Shown one piece after another: positions 26,722 through 37,848 of a DNA stretch of 64,000 nucleotides (positions within the stretch are counted from its first letter, which is position 1; each line of letters starts with the position of its first letter). Made by a program: the position numbers and the translations under genes. Origin of the DNA: a bacterium (lineage in GTDB: Bacteria; Patescibacteriota; Minisyncoccia; Phycocordibacterales; UBA6899). The stretch lies in assembly GCA_043744555.1 (NCBI GenBank), contig JAYTUL010000042.1, positions 5,854 to 69,853 on the forward strand. Reading direction: 5' to 3'. The notes below the pieces were generated by a model that was not told where the DNA came from, made no database searches, and was given only the letters and a program-made list of their open reading frames with translations.

Positions 26722-28260
26722 ATGAAACAACAGAGACCTACAAACCACACCCACTGGGCAAAGCAAAAACCTGAACTATATATGCTTGCCGGCCTCTTTG
26801 TGTCCTGCATGGCCATAGTGATGGCGGGTAACACCCTTCTGCCCGCCTCACAGTCTATCGCCAACTCTTCTCCCGCACTCTTGTATAAAGTAGCGATGAA
26901 TGAAGAGATGCATCGACCGACCGTCAGTGTTCCGGAAGCAGGAAAATTGATCGCGGTCGACTTGAATTCAATGGAGCTGTCACTTTATGAAGATAGCGTA
27001 AAGGAAAAGACATTCACCATACTTTCTCGTGGCAGAGAGGGTACAGCATGGGAAACTCCGACGGGAAAATATAGAATACAGTCAAAAGAGCTGAAACACC
27101 TCTCAAGCATAGGCGGTACGTGGATGCCGTACAGTATGCAATTTTATGGAAATTTTTTCATTCATGGCTGGCCAACATACAAGAATGGAGAGAACGTGCC
27201 CGTCGGTTATTCGGGGGGGTGCATCCGTATGTCGACCGCGGACGCAAGTGAAGTGTATGCATTTGCAGCACTCGGAACTCGCGTCATTGTGAGTGGCGGG
27301 ACCTCAAAAGATACATATGCGACAACTTCACGCTATTACCTGCATCTGCCAGAAAAGTCAGACTCATTAGTGGCAGAAAAGATCTTGCCGACTGTTACCG
27401 CCCCGTCCTTTGTTGTCTCAGATGCGATGACAGGAGATGTGTTGTGGGAGCGCGGTGCCTCACATGCACTTTCGCCTGGGGCGCTTGTTTCACTCGCGAC
27501 CGCCCTCACTGCGGTCGAGACAGTCAACCAATATAAGATCGTGCGCATGGGTGAGCTACTGCTCGGGAAGTCCGTCTTGCGTAAGGAGACACTTGGATAT
27601 GCTGATGAGCTGCCGGTTGGAACCCTTATCTATCCGCTTCTGTATGACACGAGCGACACAGCAGCAAAAGTATTCTCACGTGAACACGGTGAACGAAAGT
27701 TTAAGTCATACATGAACGAAAAAGCGGAAGCGATAGGAATGAACGCGACGCATTTTGGGGGAGGGTCATCGCAAGATGCATCGACCTCGACTGCTCGCGA
27801 CCTTGATATGCTTTTGCGTTACACTCTCTTGCATAAACATTTTCTTGTCGCAGCCTCATTGTCGAGTAAGCGCACTATTGTTGATAGCGATGGGAACCGT
27901 CGCTTCGAATGGGAAAATAAGAACCCGTGGGTACAGAACGGCGACCCCGCTTATCGCGGTGGCATCGCAAAAGAAGAAGATGACGGAAGTGGTAGTGCGA
28001 TGACACTTTTTGATCTGCCCGTGTCTGAATTTGGCGCGAGGACGATAGCGATAGTTATCCTTGGTTCGAAGGATCTTAAGGGAGATGTTTCGGTGCTCAA
28101 ACAATTTGTTGCTGATTACTACGTCTATGATATCGAGCGCAAAGAACAGTTCACCCACGAGGGGATGGAGCCAACGCCCTCACTTTATCAAAAAGCTTCG
28201 ACCTTGCTTGGTCTTGAGAAACTTTTGAAGCAAGACATCGTTTATGATCGCGAGATATGA
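26722..28260 (+). CDS. L,D-transpeptidase (YkuD domain) fused to a C-terminal serine-peptidase S11/PBP5-like domain that appears catalytically degenerate
   Basis: YkuD: FIHGWP...GYSGGCIRM. The C-terminal domain has S11-like SFVVSDAMTGDVLWERGASHALSPGALVSLATAL, but SxxK reads S-L-A-T and no clear SxN or KTG is present. Confidence 0.65.
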   Translation: MKQQRPTNHTHWAKQKPELYMLAGLFVSCMAIVMAGNTLLPASQSIANSSPALLYKVAMNEEMHRPTVSVPEAGKLIAVDLNSMELSLYEDSVKEKTFTILSRGREGTAWETPTGKYRIQSKELKHLSSIGGTWMPYSMQFYGNFFIHGWPTYKNGENVPVGYSGGCIRMSTADASEVYAFAALGTRVIVSGGTSKDTYATTSRYYLHLPEKSDSLVAEKILPTVTAPSFVVSDAMTGDVLWERGASHALSPGALVSLATALTAVETVNQYKIVRMGELLLGKSVLRKETLGYADELPVGTLIYPLLYDTSDTAAKVFSREHGERKFKSYMNEKAEAIGMNATHFGGGSSQDASTSTARDLDMLLRYTLLHKHFLVAASLSSKRTIVDSDGNRRFEWENKNPWVQNGDPAYRGGIAKEEDDGSGSAMTLFDLPVSEFGARTIAIVILGSKDLKGDVSVLKQFVADYYVYDIERKEQFTHEGMEPTPSLYQKASTLLGLEKLLKQDIVYDREI

Positions 28261-28775
28261 TCTGGCTTGAACTCCCATGGCTGCCCGTGTCTGCACTCAT
28301 CTTTTTGCTGTGTATCCTCGCGATTCGAGAGACGTTCTTATCGAGAAGTTTTATAAAAGGAGACCCTGAACGTGGGATGGCAGTATTTAATCTCTGTGTG
28401 CTCATCGCTTCTATAATGGGCATACTTTACGGCGTACATTTTCTCTATATACACGAGCGCAAACTTGAGAGACAGATCCCAACGTACGCACCTGCACGCT
28501 ACGCACCTGAGCGTGAAGTATTTCGCGATGGGGTGTTTAGTAAAACATGGATATATGTTTCAGGTGATACTCCGGAGACTATCGTCCTTTATTATGCTGC
28601 ACTCACTCAAGTAGGCGACCTCAGTATAATCGTCGACACATCAGTGGTGGGAAGCCCAAAGCTTTTGTTTGTGTCAGCAAAGAAGAAAAATATATTCTTG
28701 ACCATCGAAAAGGAAGACAATAAGTCAGTACTCTACTACGGAGAAGAAGGAGAGGCGCGCACGGTATCGAGATGA
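28257..28775 (+). CDS. Hypothetical membrane protein
   Basis: Two N-terminal TM helices. The start overlaps the upstream stop (ATGA). Confidence 0.4.
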   Translation: MIWLELPWLPVSALIFLLCILAIRETFLSRSFIKGDPERGMAVFNLCVLIASIMGILYGVHFLYIHERKLERQIPTYAPARYAPEREVFRDGVFSKTWIYVSGDTPETIVLYYAALTQVGDLSIIVDTSVVGSPKLLFVSAKKKNIFLTIEKEDNKSVLYYGEEGEARTVSR

Positions 28776-29431
28776 GCCTGGGATAGAGGAACAGAAAGAA
28801 CAATACCATCAAGAATAGGAGCAATTTTGTCAGCTATTTTCATATAGCCGGCATCATTTGGGTGGACCTCATCACTCATGAGCTTTGCATTGCCGAATAC
28901 CCCATCAAGTACATTTGCAACATAGAGACTTCCCGTGCTCCTTGCGAGCGTTTGGAAATCGGCATTGAATTTATCATGTAACAGTCCGCCGCGCACTCCA
29001 AGCAGGAGCACAACCGCACCTTGTGACTGTACTTTTTTTATGATCTGCGAGAGATTGGCAAATGTTTCTTCCTGTGGAATTTTTTTCAAATAATCATTTC
29101 CACCCAAAAGAATGATAACGATATCAGAATGAAGGGGAATGATGTCTGTATCGATACGCGCTAGTGCATCGGCGGTCGTGTTTCCTGATACACCGCGATT
29201 GACTATGGTAATACCAAGTCTACGCTCGAGAACTCCAAGATAGCCATTATCAGGAGTTGAAGCTCCCACCCCCAGAGTGAGGCTATCGCCAAGTGCTACG
29301 ATAATCGGGCCTTTGGGTGGGAAATTGACTATAGGATACAGGCCTCCATACTGGCTCACTATTTGATAGATAAGAAAGATAAAAATACCTGCAATGATGA
29401 GATATAACTTTTTCTTACCTTCTGACTTCAT
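28736..29431 (-). CDS. SGNH/GDSL hydrolase
   Basis: VALGDSLTLG (block I), GGNDYL (block III) and DEVHPNDAGY (block V). Confidence 0.8.
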   Translation of the reverse strand: MKSEGKKKLYLIIAGIFIFLIYQIVSQYGGLYPIVNFPPKGPIIVALGDSLTLGVGASTPDNGYLGVLERRLGITIVNRGVSGNTTADALARIDTDIIPLHSDIVIILLGGNDYLKKIPQEETFANLSQIIKKVQSQGAVVLLLGVRGGLLHDKFNADFQTLARSTGSLYVANVLDGVFGNAKLMSDEVHPNDAGYMKIADKIAPILDGIVLSVPLSQAHLDTVRASPSSP

Positions 29432-29535
29432 GAAACCATCCTAGCATGACTCTCGTTATAACATAGACGAATAACGCAGAATGCGACCTTACCATAGCAT
29501 TGTACATTTAAAATAACTGTGTTATAATACCGACC

Positions 29536-32118
29536 ATGGATCTCAATAAATACACAACCAAAGCAGCTGAAGCGATACAAAATGCAGTTACTCTCGCAGA
29601 AGCCAACAAACAGCAATCAATAGAACCCATGCATGTGCTTGCGGCACTGCTTAAGCCTGATAACGGTATTGTTCCTTCGCTTATCAAGCAATTAGACAAA
29701 GATGCGTCGACCCTCCTTACTACAGTCGAGGCAGAGTTACAAAAACTCCCGCGCGTGAGTGGCTCATCCGCACCATACTTAAGTGAGAGCATGAAGCAAG
29801 TATTCGCTCGAAGCGAGGCAGAAGCCAAAAAAATGAATGATCAGTACGTGAGTTCTGAGCATCTTTTTCTCGTACTCTTGGATGAGCCTGCGATCGGAAA
29901 ATTGCTCGGCATAACCAAACACGAAGCATTACGCGAACTCAAGACATTGCGTGGCGCGCAGCATGTCACCGACAAAGATCCTGAAAATAAATATCAGGTC
30001 CTTGAAAAATATACACAGGACTTCACTAAGCTTGCACGAGACGGAAGTATCGATCCGGTCATTGGCCGAGACGAAGAGACACGCAGGCTACTACAGATAC
30101 TTTCTCGTCGGACCAAGAATAACCCCGTGCTAATCGGTGAGCCAGGTGTGGGAAAGACTGCCATTGTGGAAGGCTTGGCAAAAAAAATAATTGACGGCGA
30201 TGTGCCGGAGTCACTTAAGGGCAAGAAGATACTTGCGCTTGATCTTGGTGCGATGCTTGCGGGAGCGAAGTATCGCGGTGAGTTTGAAGACCGCCTAAAG
30301 GCGCTCATTAAAGAAGTAGAGAATGCTGCGGGTGAGGTCATTCTTTTCATTGATGAGCTGCATACCATCATCGGCGCAGGCGGGGCTGAGGGGGCAGTTG
30401 ATGCAGGCAATCTACTTAAGCCCGCCTTGGCTCGCGGAAAACTGCGCACCATTGGAGCCACGACCATCAAAGAATATCGCGAACATATCGAAAAAGACCC
30501 TGCATTTGAAAGACGCTTCCAGCCTATAATGGTTGAAGAACCAACGCCCAAAGATGCAATAGCGATATTGCGCGGAATTAAAGAAAAATATGAGGTCCAC
30601 CATGGCGTGCGTATTACTGATGCTGCTGTTGTCGCTTCCGTCAATCTTTCGACGCGCTACATTGCTGATCGGTTCTTGCCGGACAAGGCCATCGACCTTA
30701 TTGATGAAGCAGCAGCAACGCTCCGTATCGCTATCGACTCTAAGCCTGAGGCAATCGACAGTCTTCATCGTGAAGTGCGCCGCCTCGAGATCGAACGCGA
30801 AGCCCTCAAAAAGGAAAAGGATGACGGCTCAAAGGAGCGACTTAAGGCACTTGAGAAAGAGCTCGCCGAACTCAAAGAGAAGAATCAAGATCTGGAATTG
30901 CGCTGGAAGCGGGAAAAAGAATTCATCGACGAACTCAAAGACAAGCAAGCAGAGATAGATACCCTGCGCGGTGAGGCAGTGCAGGCTGAGCGTCGTGGGG
31001 ACCTTTCGCGTGTAGCGGAGATCAACTATGGGGCGATTCCGTTTCTTGAAAAGAAGCTGCAGTCATCGCTTGAAAAAATGGCGAAGAGTTCCGACAAGTC
31101 GAACCGACGCATGCTCAAAGAAGAAGTTGATGAAGAAGACATCGCGCATATTGTCGCGCGCTGGACTGGAATCCCGGCCGATAAGATGCTCGCAGAAGAA
31201 TCAAAGAAGCTCGCCCATATGGAGAGTGAGCTTGGCAAGCGAATCATCGGGCAGAAAGAGGCGGTAAAGGCTGTGGCCAATGCCGTACGACGCTCGCGCG
31301 CAGGTATTCGTGATGAGCGTAAGCCAATAGGCTCATTTCTCTTTCTTGGTCCTACTGGTGTGGGGAAGACCGAGCTCGCAAAAGCGCTTGCTGAATTCAT
31401 GTTCGCCGATGAGCACATGATGGTACGACTTGATATGAGTGAGTACATGGAGAAACACACGGTCGCGCGTCTCATTGGTGCACCTCCAGGCTACATTGGC
31501 CATGATGAGGGTGGACAGCTCACCGAAGCAGTTCGCAGGCATCCCTACAGTGTCATCCTCCTTGATGAGATAGAGAAAGCGCACCGCGATGTGCTCAATG
31601 TACTGCTGCAGGTCATGGATGACGGCCGCCTAACGGATGCAAAGGGGCGCACGGTGAACTTTCGCAACTGTGTCATCATCATGACCTCCAACTTGGGCTC
31701 ATCTGAGATAGCGGAGCATGTGGGTGACTCGCAAGCACAGCGCACGGCAATCGAAACTGTGCTTAAGAGCACACTGCCGCCTGAATTCTTGAATCGCATC
31801 GACGCGACAATAATATTCCAGCCGCTTACTCGCGACGAAATAGCGCACATTGTCGGTCTTCAACTCAAGGCAGTGATTGAGCGACTAAAAGACAAACGCA
31901 TCACCATCGAAACCACGCCTGCGCTTGAGACATTTATTGCAGACCTTGGCTATGATCCTATTTTTGGTGCACGCCCCTTGAAGCGAGTGATAGGCGAGCA
32001 TGTGCTTGACCCACTTTCCATGGAAATAATCGAAGGCAGAATTCATGAGGGCGACATAGTAGTCATTGACGCAAAAGGTAAAGAGGTGCTGATAACCAAG
32101 AAGAAAAAGACAAAATAA
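29536..32118 (+). CDS. clpB: ATP-dependent chaperone ClpB
   Basis: 860 aa with two AAA+ modules ([16 protein letters not shown]), a long middle coiled-coil and an N-terminal Clp_N domain. Confidence 0.95.
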   Translation: MDLNKYTTKAAEAIQNAVTLAEANKQQSIEPMHVLAALLKPDNGIVPSLIKQLDKDASTLLTTVEAELQKLPRVSGSSAPYLSESMKQVFARSEAEAKKMNDQYVSSEHLFLVLLDEPAIGKLLGITKHEALRELKTLRGAQHVTDKDPENKYQVLEKYTQDFTKLARDGSIDPVIGRDEETRRLLQILSRRTKNNPVLIGEPGVGKTAIVEGLAKKIIDGDVPESLKGKKILALDLGAMLAGAKYRGEFEDRLKALIKEVENAAGEVILFIDELHTIIGAGGAEGAVDAGNLLKPALARGKLRTIGATTIKEYREHIEKDPAFERRFQPIMVEEPTPKDAIAILRGIKEKYEVHHGVRITDAAVVASVNLSTRYIADRFLPDKAIDLIDEAAATLRIAIDSKPEAIDSLHREVRRLEIEREALKKEKDDGSKERLKALEKELAELKEKNQDLELRWKREKEFIDELKDKQAEIDTLRGEAVQAERRGDLSRVAEINYGAIPFLEKKLQSSLEKMAKSSDKSNRRMLKEEVDEEDIAHIVARWTGIPADKMLAEESKKLAHMESELGKRIIGQKEAVKAVANAVRRSRAGIRDERKPIGSFLFLGPTGVGKTELAKALAEFMFADEHMMVRLDMSEYMEKHTVARLIGAPPGYIGHDEGGQLTEAVRRHPYSVILLDEIEKAHRDVLNVLLQVMDDGRLTDAKGRTVNFRNCVIIMTSNLGSSEIAEHVGDSQAQRTAIETVLKSTLPPEFLNRIDATIIFQPLTRDEIAHIVGLQLKAVIERLKDKRITIETTPALETFIADLGYDPIFGARPLKRVIGEHVLDPLSMEIIEGRIHEGDIVVIDAKGKEVLITKKKKTK

Positions 32119-32141
32119 TTTGTTTGGGTTAATATAATGAC

Positions 32142-32597
32142 ATGAACAAGTTGTCAAAGAAACAAGTCATACAGGTGGTAGTAGTCCTTGCTGTTATCGC
32201 TGGAATATTTATGATCGCTCACGAAGCAAAGGCACCATCCGAGACTACGACAGGTTCCATGAACGCAACAAATCTTCCAGAGATAGACCCCGCGTCGATA
32301 GGTAAGATCATCAAGGATCCATCGACAGGAAAAGAGTTCATGTCTAACCAGCTCATCGTTCTGTTTCAGCCATCAGTTTCTGAGCAAGAGTCACTTGCTA
32401 TTATCGCCGCAGCCGGCGGAAAGATGCTTCAGCGTTTTACTCAAGCACCACTTTTTCTCGTGCAGGTCACAGACGAAGGTGATGGGAATAATGCTCGCAA
32501 GGCGGTTACCACACTCAAAGCAAATGCAAGCGTCAAGAGCGTTGACCTAAACTATCTGACAACCATGCCAACACCCACCAAGACCGCGCCAAAGTAA
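32142..32597 (+). CDS. Small secreted protein with a subtilisin-propeptide (inhibitor I9)-like fold signature
   Basis: TM/signal segment, then LIVLFQPSVSEQESLAIIAAAGGKMLQRF...VKSVDLNY. The domain call is tentative. Confidence 0.35.
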   Translation: MNKLSKKQVIQVVVVLAVIAGIFMIAHEAKAPSETTTGSMNATNLPEIDPASIGKIIKDPSTGKEFMSNQLIVLFQPSVSEQESLAIIAAAGGKMLQRFTQAPLFLVQVTDEGDGNNARKAVTTLKANASVKSVDLNYLTTMPTPTKTAPK

Positions 32598-32653
32598 CGT
32601 TGATCAGTTCTCAATTGAGCAAAAAACATACAATGCTCAGACATGAGCGCTTT

Positions 32654-33946
32654 TTATTCTCTGAATGTGGATAAAATCTTATCTATCGGTAAATTTTGAA
32701 TACCGCCCATCCCTCTATATATTGCCACTTCCAACATTACTTTTTTATCGATTAACGGAATCAGATTGTATTCGAATCCTTCACCAGCATCTCCGATGAG
32801 AATTTTATAACCAGCAAGATTACTCTTTCCGATTTTGACTTTCACAAGAGTTGAAGTTGCACGAACTTGCCCATTATCCTGCCACCACTGTTCCTTGTTT
32901 GCATCATAGGAGAGCTCTATTCCACCAGACACGTCTGAAATTCTATAGGAATTTAGGTCATATATATTTACCTGAAGTAGTCCGACCATATTTTGAATGT
33001 CAGCGGCCCACGTCGAAAGTGCTTCTATGCTACCCTTGTACTTAATTTCATATCCACCCTGTGCTGCTTTTGTCACAAAAATACCTGCTTGATTACTTTT
33101 TGGTTGAGTTTTATATAAGTCACCAAAGTAATTCGGAAACATAAAATGGAAGCCATATCTGCTATCCGTGTATGTCTTCCATTTATCAACGTTACTATCT
33201 ATCGCATCTTTTCCTGCTGCGGTAATTTGACTAGGATTTGTTGTCGTTGCAGAGTTTACTTGTTTTAATTTACCCAGAGGACCTATCACACTTCCATCAT
33301 AATCACTGGAAGTAAAAATTTCATTTGTTGAAGAGTTCACGACGACATGAAAGCCTGGCGCAGTTACGAGATATGTTATTTGTTCTCCTTGCTCGGGATT
33401 TGTGTGTGGAAAAACTCGCGCTTCAAGAATTTCGTTTATTGTGGCTAGGTTTTGTGTGTTTAATTTGAATGGATTGTTTAAAGAAATATTTTCACAAATT
33501 GCTTTTGCCACTTCCCCATTTTTATTTGAAACTATTGTCCATTCTCCCGCTGGTGGTGCATATGGCCCCATCTTGAAAGTTTTCGGCAGCAAGTTTTTAG
33601 TTACCAGATCCGCCACTCGCTGCATAACATCAACCCCATTTATTTTCACTTGTTTCACACGATATGTCTTCCCGCAGAAATTCACATCTTTTAGCGCGTT
33701 ATCTATAAACAAATGTTCATCAATCTGTCCTACTTGAGTTGTACTTGTAGGATTTGCTGGTTGAGGCTCTCGCACAAAAGGCGTACCATCAGGAGTAAAT
33801 TTCGAGCAATCGACTTTTGAAGGATCGCAGCTTGGTGGATACATCTTCACACTAAGTAGAGATTCTTGCATGAAAAAATATGCACAATAAGACAGGATTG
33901 CCAAAACAATAACAATGAGAGCTAGTATCTGATTTTTCTGACTCAT
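32654..33946 (-). CDS. Membrane-anchored hypothetical protein (430 aa)
   Basis: N-terminal TM helix and a large extracytoplasmic domain with no known motif. Confidence 0.5.
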   Translation of the reverse strand: MSQKNQILALIVIVLAILSYCAYFFMQESLLSVKMYPPSCDPSKVDCSKFTPDGTPFVREPQPANPTSTTQVGQIDEHLFIDNALKDVNFCGKTYRVKQVKINGVDVMQRVADLVTKNLLPKTFKMGPYAPPAGEWTIVSNKNGEVAKAICENISLNNPFKLNTQNLATINEILEARVFPHTNPEQGEQITYLVTAPGFHVVVNSSTNEIFTSSDYDGSVIGPLGKLKQVNSATTTNPSQITAAGKDAIDSNVDKWKTYTDSRYGFHFMFPNYFGDLYKTQPKSNQAGIFVTKAAQGGYEIKYKGSIEALSTWAADIQNMVGLLQVNIYDLNSYRISDVSGGIELSYDANKEQWWQDNGQVRATSTLVKVKIGKSNLAGYKILIGDAGEGFEYNLIPLIDKKVMLEVAIYRGMGGIQNLPIDKILSTFRE

Positions 33947-34196
33947 AACGAGACTATATCACGACGAGCGAATCATTTATAAGACTGACAAATATCCACC
34001 TCTGAAGCTGGAAAATATACAAATCTGAATATTCTAAGCCCATGAAGGGTTCTCTTGGGTCACCACATTTAAAATCAAAGTAAAAATAAGGAGTTTTAAG
34101 GCCGAGTGTCCTATAAGGTGGGTGAATTTAGTCACTATTCTATTACTCATAGAGTCACATGGTGGATATGTGTCAATCTGACCAAGAAATACATGC

Positions 34197-35708
34197 ATGG
34201 TAAAATACGAGCGCTTCCTTATGCTAAATAAACGCGCAATAATAAAATATCTTAATGGTAAGACTGCTCTCGTCATGGGGCTGGGGCTCCACGGCGGTGG
34301 CGTCGCAACCGCTTCGTGGCTTGTGCGCCATGGCGCCAAGGTGACCGTCACCGACAAGCGCGACAAGCAGCTGCTCGAGTCATCTGTACGCGCACTCAAG
34401 GGAATGCCTGTTCGCTATAAACTAGGGTGGCATGACAAGCGCGATTTTACTACCCACGATATCGTCGTGGTGAATCCCGGTGTGCCGCAACAAAATGAGT
34501 ATCTCGCCTTGGCCGAAAAAGCCTCAAAGTCAAAAATGATCAGAATAGAAAATGATGCGAGTCTTTTTTTTAGTCACAGTGATGCAGCTGTTATCGGCGT
34601 GACAGGGACAAGAGGGAAGACTACCACCACACTTTGGATAGCAGAGCTTTTGAAGTCGAAGTATAAAGCGGTTCGACCATCTGGCAATACGGGAGAGAAT
34701 GCATTACTCAAAGAATTCGACCGTGTGCAAGGAAAGGATATTCCGGTCGTTGCCGAGCTTTCATCATGGCAATTGGAATATCTGCCGGAAAGCAAGCGTG
34801 CTCCTCATGTAGCAGTCATCACTAATCTTTATCCGGATCACTTGAATCGTTACACCGGCATTCGTGCATATGCGAGCGCAAAAGCGAATATTTTTCTCCA
34901 CCAGCACGAGGATGATTTTCTGGTCTTGAATTACGACAATGAATGGACACCGTTTTTCCTCAAGAAGAAACCCAAAGGAATAGTCTTTTTCATTAGCACG
35001 AAGCCATTGCCGAGGAGTATGAACGGTCTTTTTGTTAGGAAAGATAAACTCGTCTTTCGCTTCGACGGAATGGAGCAGCCGTTATTCCCTGCAAAACGCT
35101 TCATTCGCGAACGTGGGGAGCACAATTTTCTGAACTTGCTTGCCGCTGTACTTGCGGTGAAACTTTTTGACCCGACCGTGCGCGTAAGCGAAAAGAGTGT
35201 GCTCGCGTTACCAACTCCACGCATGCGGCAGGAGGTTGTCTATCAAGAAAAAGAACTGACAGTCATCAACGATAGTTGCGCGACATCACCCGATGGCACC
35301 ATTGCTGCCATCAAGCGGTTCGCAGACCAAAAGAATCAACGCGTGATACTCATATGCGGCGGTACCGACAAAGAGCTTGAGTTCGGAGAACTTGGGGCGG
35401 TCATCAAGACGCACATCTTACCCGAAAACATCCTACTACTTAATGGTTCCGCGACCACGAAGCTTGTGGGAGAGCTTCATGCTCTCAACTACGACAAGAA
35501 GTATCCACTTGTCGCTTACGATGAACTTTCACTTTGCGTCAAAATGGCCATGGTCGAAGTAAAGAATCAAAAACAAAAAACCACGATCCTGTTCTCCCCA
35601 GGAGCTGCGAGTTTCGAGAAATTTCTGCATGAATTCGACCGTGGTAAAAAATTCAACATATTAATTAAAAAAGCGACCCACATTGGTGGATCGCATGCAA
35701 AACAATAG
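34197..35708 (+). CDS. murD: UDP-N-acetylmuramoyl-L-alanine--D-glutamate ligase
   Basis: N-terminal Rossmann LVMGLGLHGGGVATASWLVRHGAKVTVTD, a Mur ligase P-loop IGVTGTRGKTTTT and a C-terminal Mur ligase domain. Confidence 0.8.
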   Translation: MVKYERFLMLNKRAIIKYLNGKTALVMGLGLHGGGVATASWLVRHGAKVTVTDKRDKQLLESSVRALKGMPVRYKLGWHDKRDFTTHDIVVVNPGVPQQNEYLALAEKASKSKMIRIENDASLFFSHSDAAVIGVTGTRGKTTTTLWIAELLKSKYKAVRPSGNTGENALLKEFDRVQGKDIPVVAELSSWQLEYLPESKRAPHVAVITNLYPDHLNRYTGIRAYASAKANIFLHQHEDDFLVLNYDNEWTPFFLKKKPKGIVFFISTKPLPRSMNGLFVRKDKLVFRFDGMEQPLFPAKRFIRERGEHNFLNLLAAVLAVKLFDPTVRVSEKSVLALPTPRMRQEVVYQEKELTVINDSCATSPDGTIAAIKRFADQKNQRVILICGGTDKELEFGELGAVIKTHILPENILLLNGSATTKLVGELHALNYDKKYPLVAYDELSLCVKMAMVEVKNQKQKTTILFSPGAASFEKFLHEFDRGKKFNILIKKATHIGGSHAKQ

Positions 35709-35945
35709 TTAAGCGTATTTGGGCACGTGTGTGCGTCCCAAATAGATAACTCCCAGACGATGGAGCTCAGTCTTAATCTGCGACTCAGTACAAAATTCCC
35801 CTCGTGTATGGTAGAAACAATTTCTCAGACTACTCTAGTCTATAATTCCGCTCGACTTCAAACTGCTCTGCAACGTTAGGGTATTTGCTGTGTTATAAAT
35901 AATGAATGAGTATAGCTATTTTTTACGCTAATTTACTACAGATAT

Positions 35946-37739
35946 ATGTGCGGAATATTTGGATATATCGGAGCAAAAGATGTCGACAGTGCTCTTATTG
36001 CGCATTTAGCACTTATTGACCTCGAATATCGCGGATACGATTCGTGGGGAATTGCCGCACTCACTAATAGCGGTATTTTTATGAAAAAAGCAGTCGGAAA
36101 GATCTCCGACGCAAACAAGGCAGACCTGAAAGGCATCACCGGCCGCGCGGTCGTCGGGCATTCGCGTTGGGCAACGCACGGAGGAGTGTCGGAACTCAAT
36201 TCACATCCGCATTTTAATATTGATAAAACTATCGCCGTCGTCCACAATGGCATCGTTGAGAATCATCTCGAACTCCGCGCATTTCTTACGGTGCATACCG
36301 GTATTCCGCACGATAAACTTTTTGTTTCAGAAACTGACACGGAAGTCATACCGCACTTGATCGACTACCACATGAAACAAGGAATGAACTTCGAACGAGC
36401 ATTCGTTGCCGCTGGGAAGATGCTCGAAGGCCGTTTCGCAATTGTGGTCATGAAAAAAGATGAGTCACACATCATGGCGATGCGCGACGGCTCACCGCTG
36501 GTGCTTGGCGAAGGAAAAGATGGGTATTATCTTGCATCCGACGTGCCTGCATTTCTGGATCACACTCGCATCGTCTGCTATCCGGGGGATCGTGAGTACA
36601 TCAAAGTTTCCGCAGACAACATCATTCTCCGTGATCTCTTAGACGACAAGAAGGTCGACCCTAAGTGGACCGAGGTAACATGGGACAAGACGAGCGCCAC
36701 TAAAGAAGGTTACCCGCACTACATGTTGAAGGAGATCCTCGAGCAGCCGCTCGCACTCGACAAAGCTATACGTCAAGAAGATGCGAAGCTAAATGAAGTC
36801 GTAAAATTAATGAAAGAATCCATAAACCTGTTTTTCATTGGCTGTGGTACTGCTGCCAAGATGGCAAAACTCGGTGAGCTATATATGGCAAAGATAGGCG
36901 GAAGACTTGCGACCGCGTTTGTCGGTTCTGAATTCAAGACCTATGAACAATTTTTGGATAAAAAAAGTCTTTTGTTCGCAGTATCGCAAAGCGGTGAGAC
37001 GGCCGACGTGCTCGAAGCCCTGACCGTCGGCGAAAAGAAAGGCTCCAAGATCCTCTCGCTATTAAATGTTGTTGGCTCCTCTATGGACCGCATGTCGAAG
37101 CAGTCACTTTTTATAAACACTGGTCCTGAAATTGCTGTGGCGTCGACCAAGGCTGCGACAGCGCAGATCGCTGTCCTTATACTTCTTGCCTACGCTTTCG
37201 GAGGTAAGCTTGCAGAGGGCAAGCATCTGATGCGAGGCGTCGTAAAAGATCTGAAGCATTGGCTTACTCCCGATCTGTCGCACGAGATAAAGAAAGTTGC
37301 TGAGCGTCTGCGACATACTAATGACCTGTATATTATCGGCCGCGGCTTAAACGCCCCCGTCGCCCACGAAGCCGCCATCAAGATTCAAGAGGTTTCGTAC
37401 ATTCACGCAGAAGGTTTCCCTGGGGGAGAACTCAAGCACGGTCCTATCGCACTTATTCAAAAGGGCACACCGGTCATTTCCCTCATGCCAAATGATGAGA
37501 CCAAGCGCGATATGGAGTCAAATACCACAGAGCTCAAAAGCCGCGGTGCGTACATCATCGGCATCGCACCAGAGTCCAGCAAGCTTTTTGATGAATGGAT
37601 ACAGGTGCCTGACTTAGGCATCGCATCACCAATCGCAAGCATCATCCCCATACAACTCTTGGCGTACCATCTCGCAGTGTTTCGCGGTAACGACCCTGAC
37701 AAGCCAAGGAATCTCGCAAAATCAGTAACGGTCAAATAA
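35946..37739 (+). CDS. glmS: Glutamine--fructose-6-phosphate aminotransferase
   Basis: MCGIFGYIG N-terminal nucleophile, two SIS domains and a ...VTVK C-terminus. Confidence 0.95.
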   Translation: MCGIFGYIGAKDVDSALIAHLALIDLEYRGYDSWGIAALTNSGIFMKKAVGKISDANKADLKGITGRAVVGHSRWATHGGVSELNSHPHFNIDKTIAVVHNGIVENHLELRAFLTVHTGIPHDKLFVSETDTEVIPHLIDYHMKQGMNFERAFVAAGKMLEGRFAIVVMKKDESHIMAMRDGSPLVLGEGKDGYYLASDVPAFLDHTRIVCYPGDREYIKVSADNIILRDLLDDKKVDPKWTEVTWDKTSATKEGYPHYMLKEILEQPLALDKAIRQEDAKLNEVVKLMKESINLFFIGCGTAAKMAKLGELYMAKIGGRLATAFVGSEFKTYEQFLDKKSLLFAVSQSGETADVLEALTVGEKKGSKILSLLNVVGSSMDRMSKQSLFINTGPEIAVASTKAATAQIAVLILLAYAFGGKLAEGKHLMRGVVKDLKHWLTPDLSHEIKKVAERLRHTNDLYIIGRGLNAPVAHEAAIKIQEVSYIHAEGFPGGELKHGPIALIQKGTPVISLMPNDETKRDMESNTTELKSRGAYIIGIAPESSKLFDEWIQVPDLGIASPIASIIPIQLLAYHLAVFRGNDPDKPRNLAKSVTVK

Positions 37740-37848
37740 AAAGCCGCACACTTCTGACTTGTGTCACAAATGGACGTGACCGTATGTTATAGTAGGTACA
37801 AATAGGTGAGTACTTTATGCTCATATTTAATAACGAATACACCATTCT

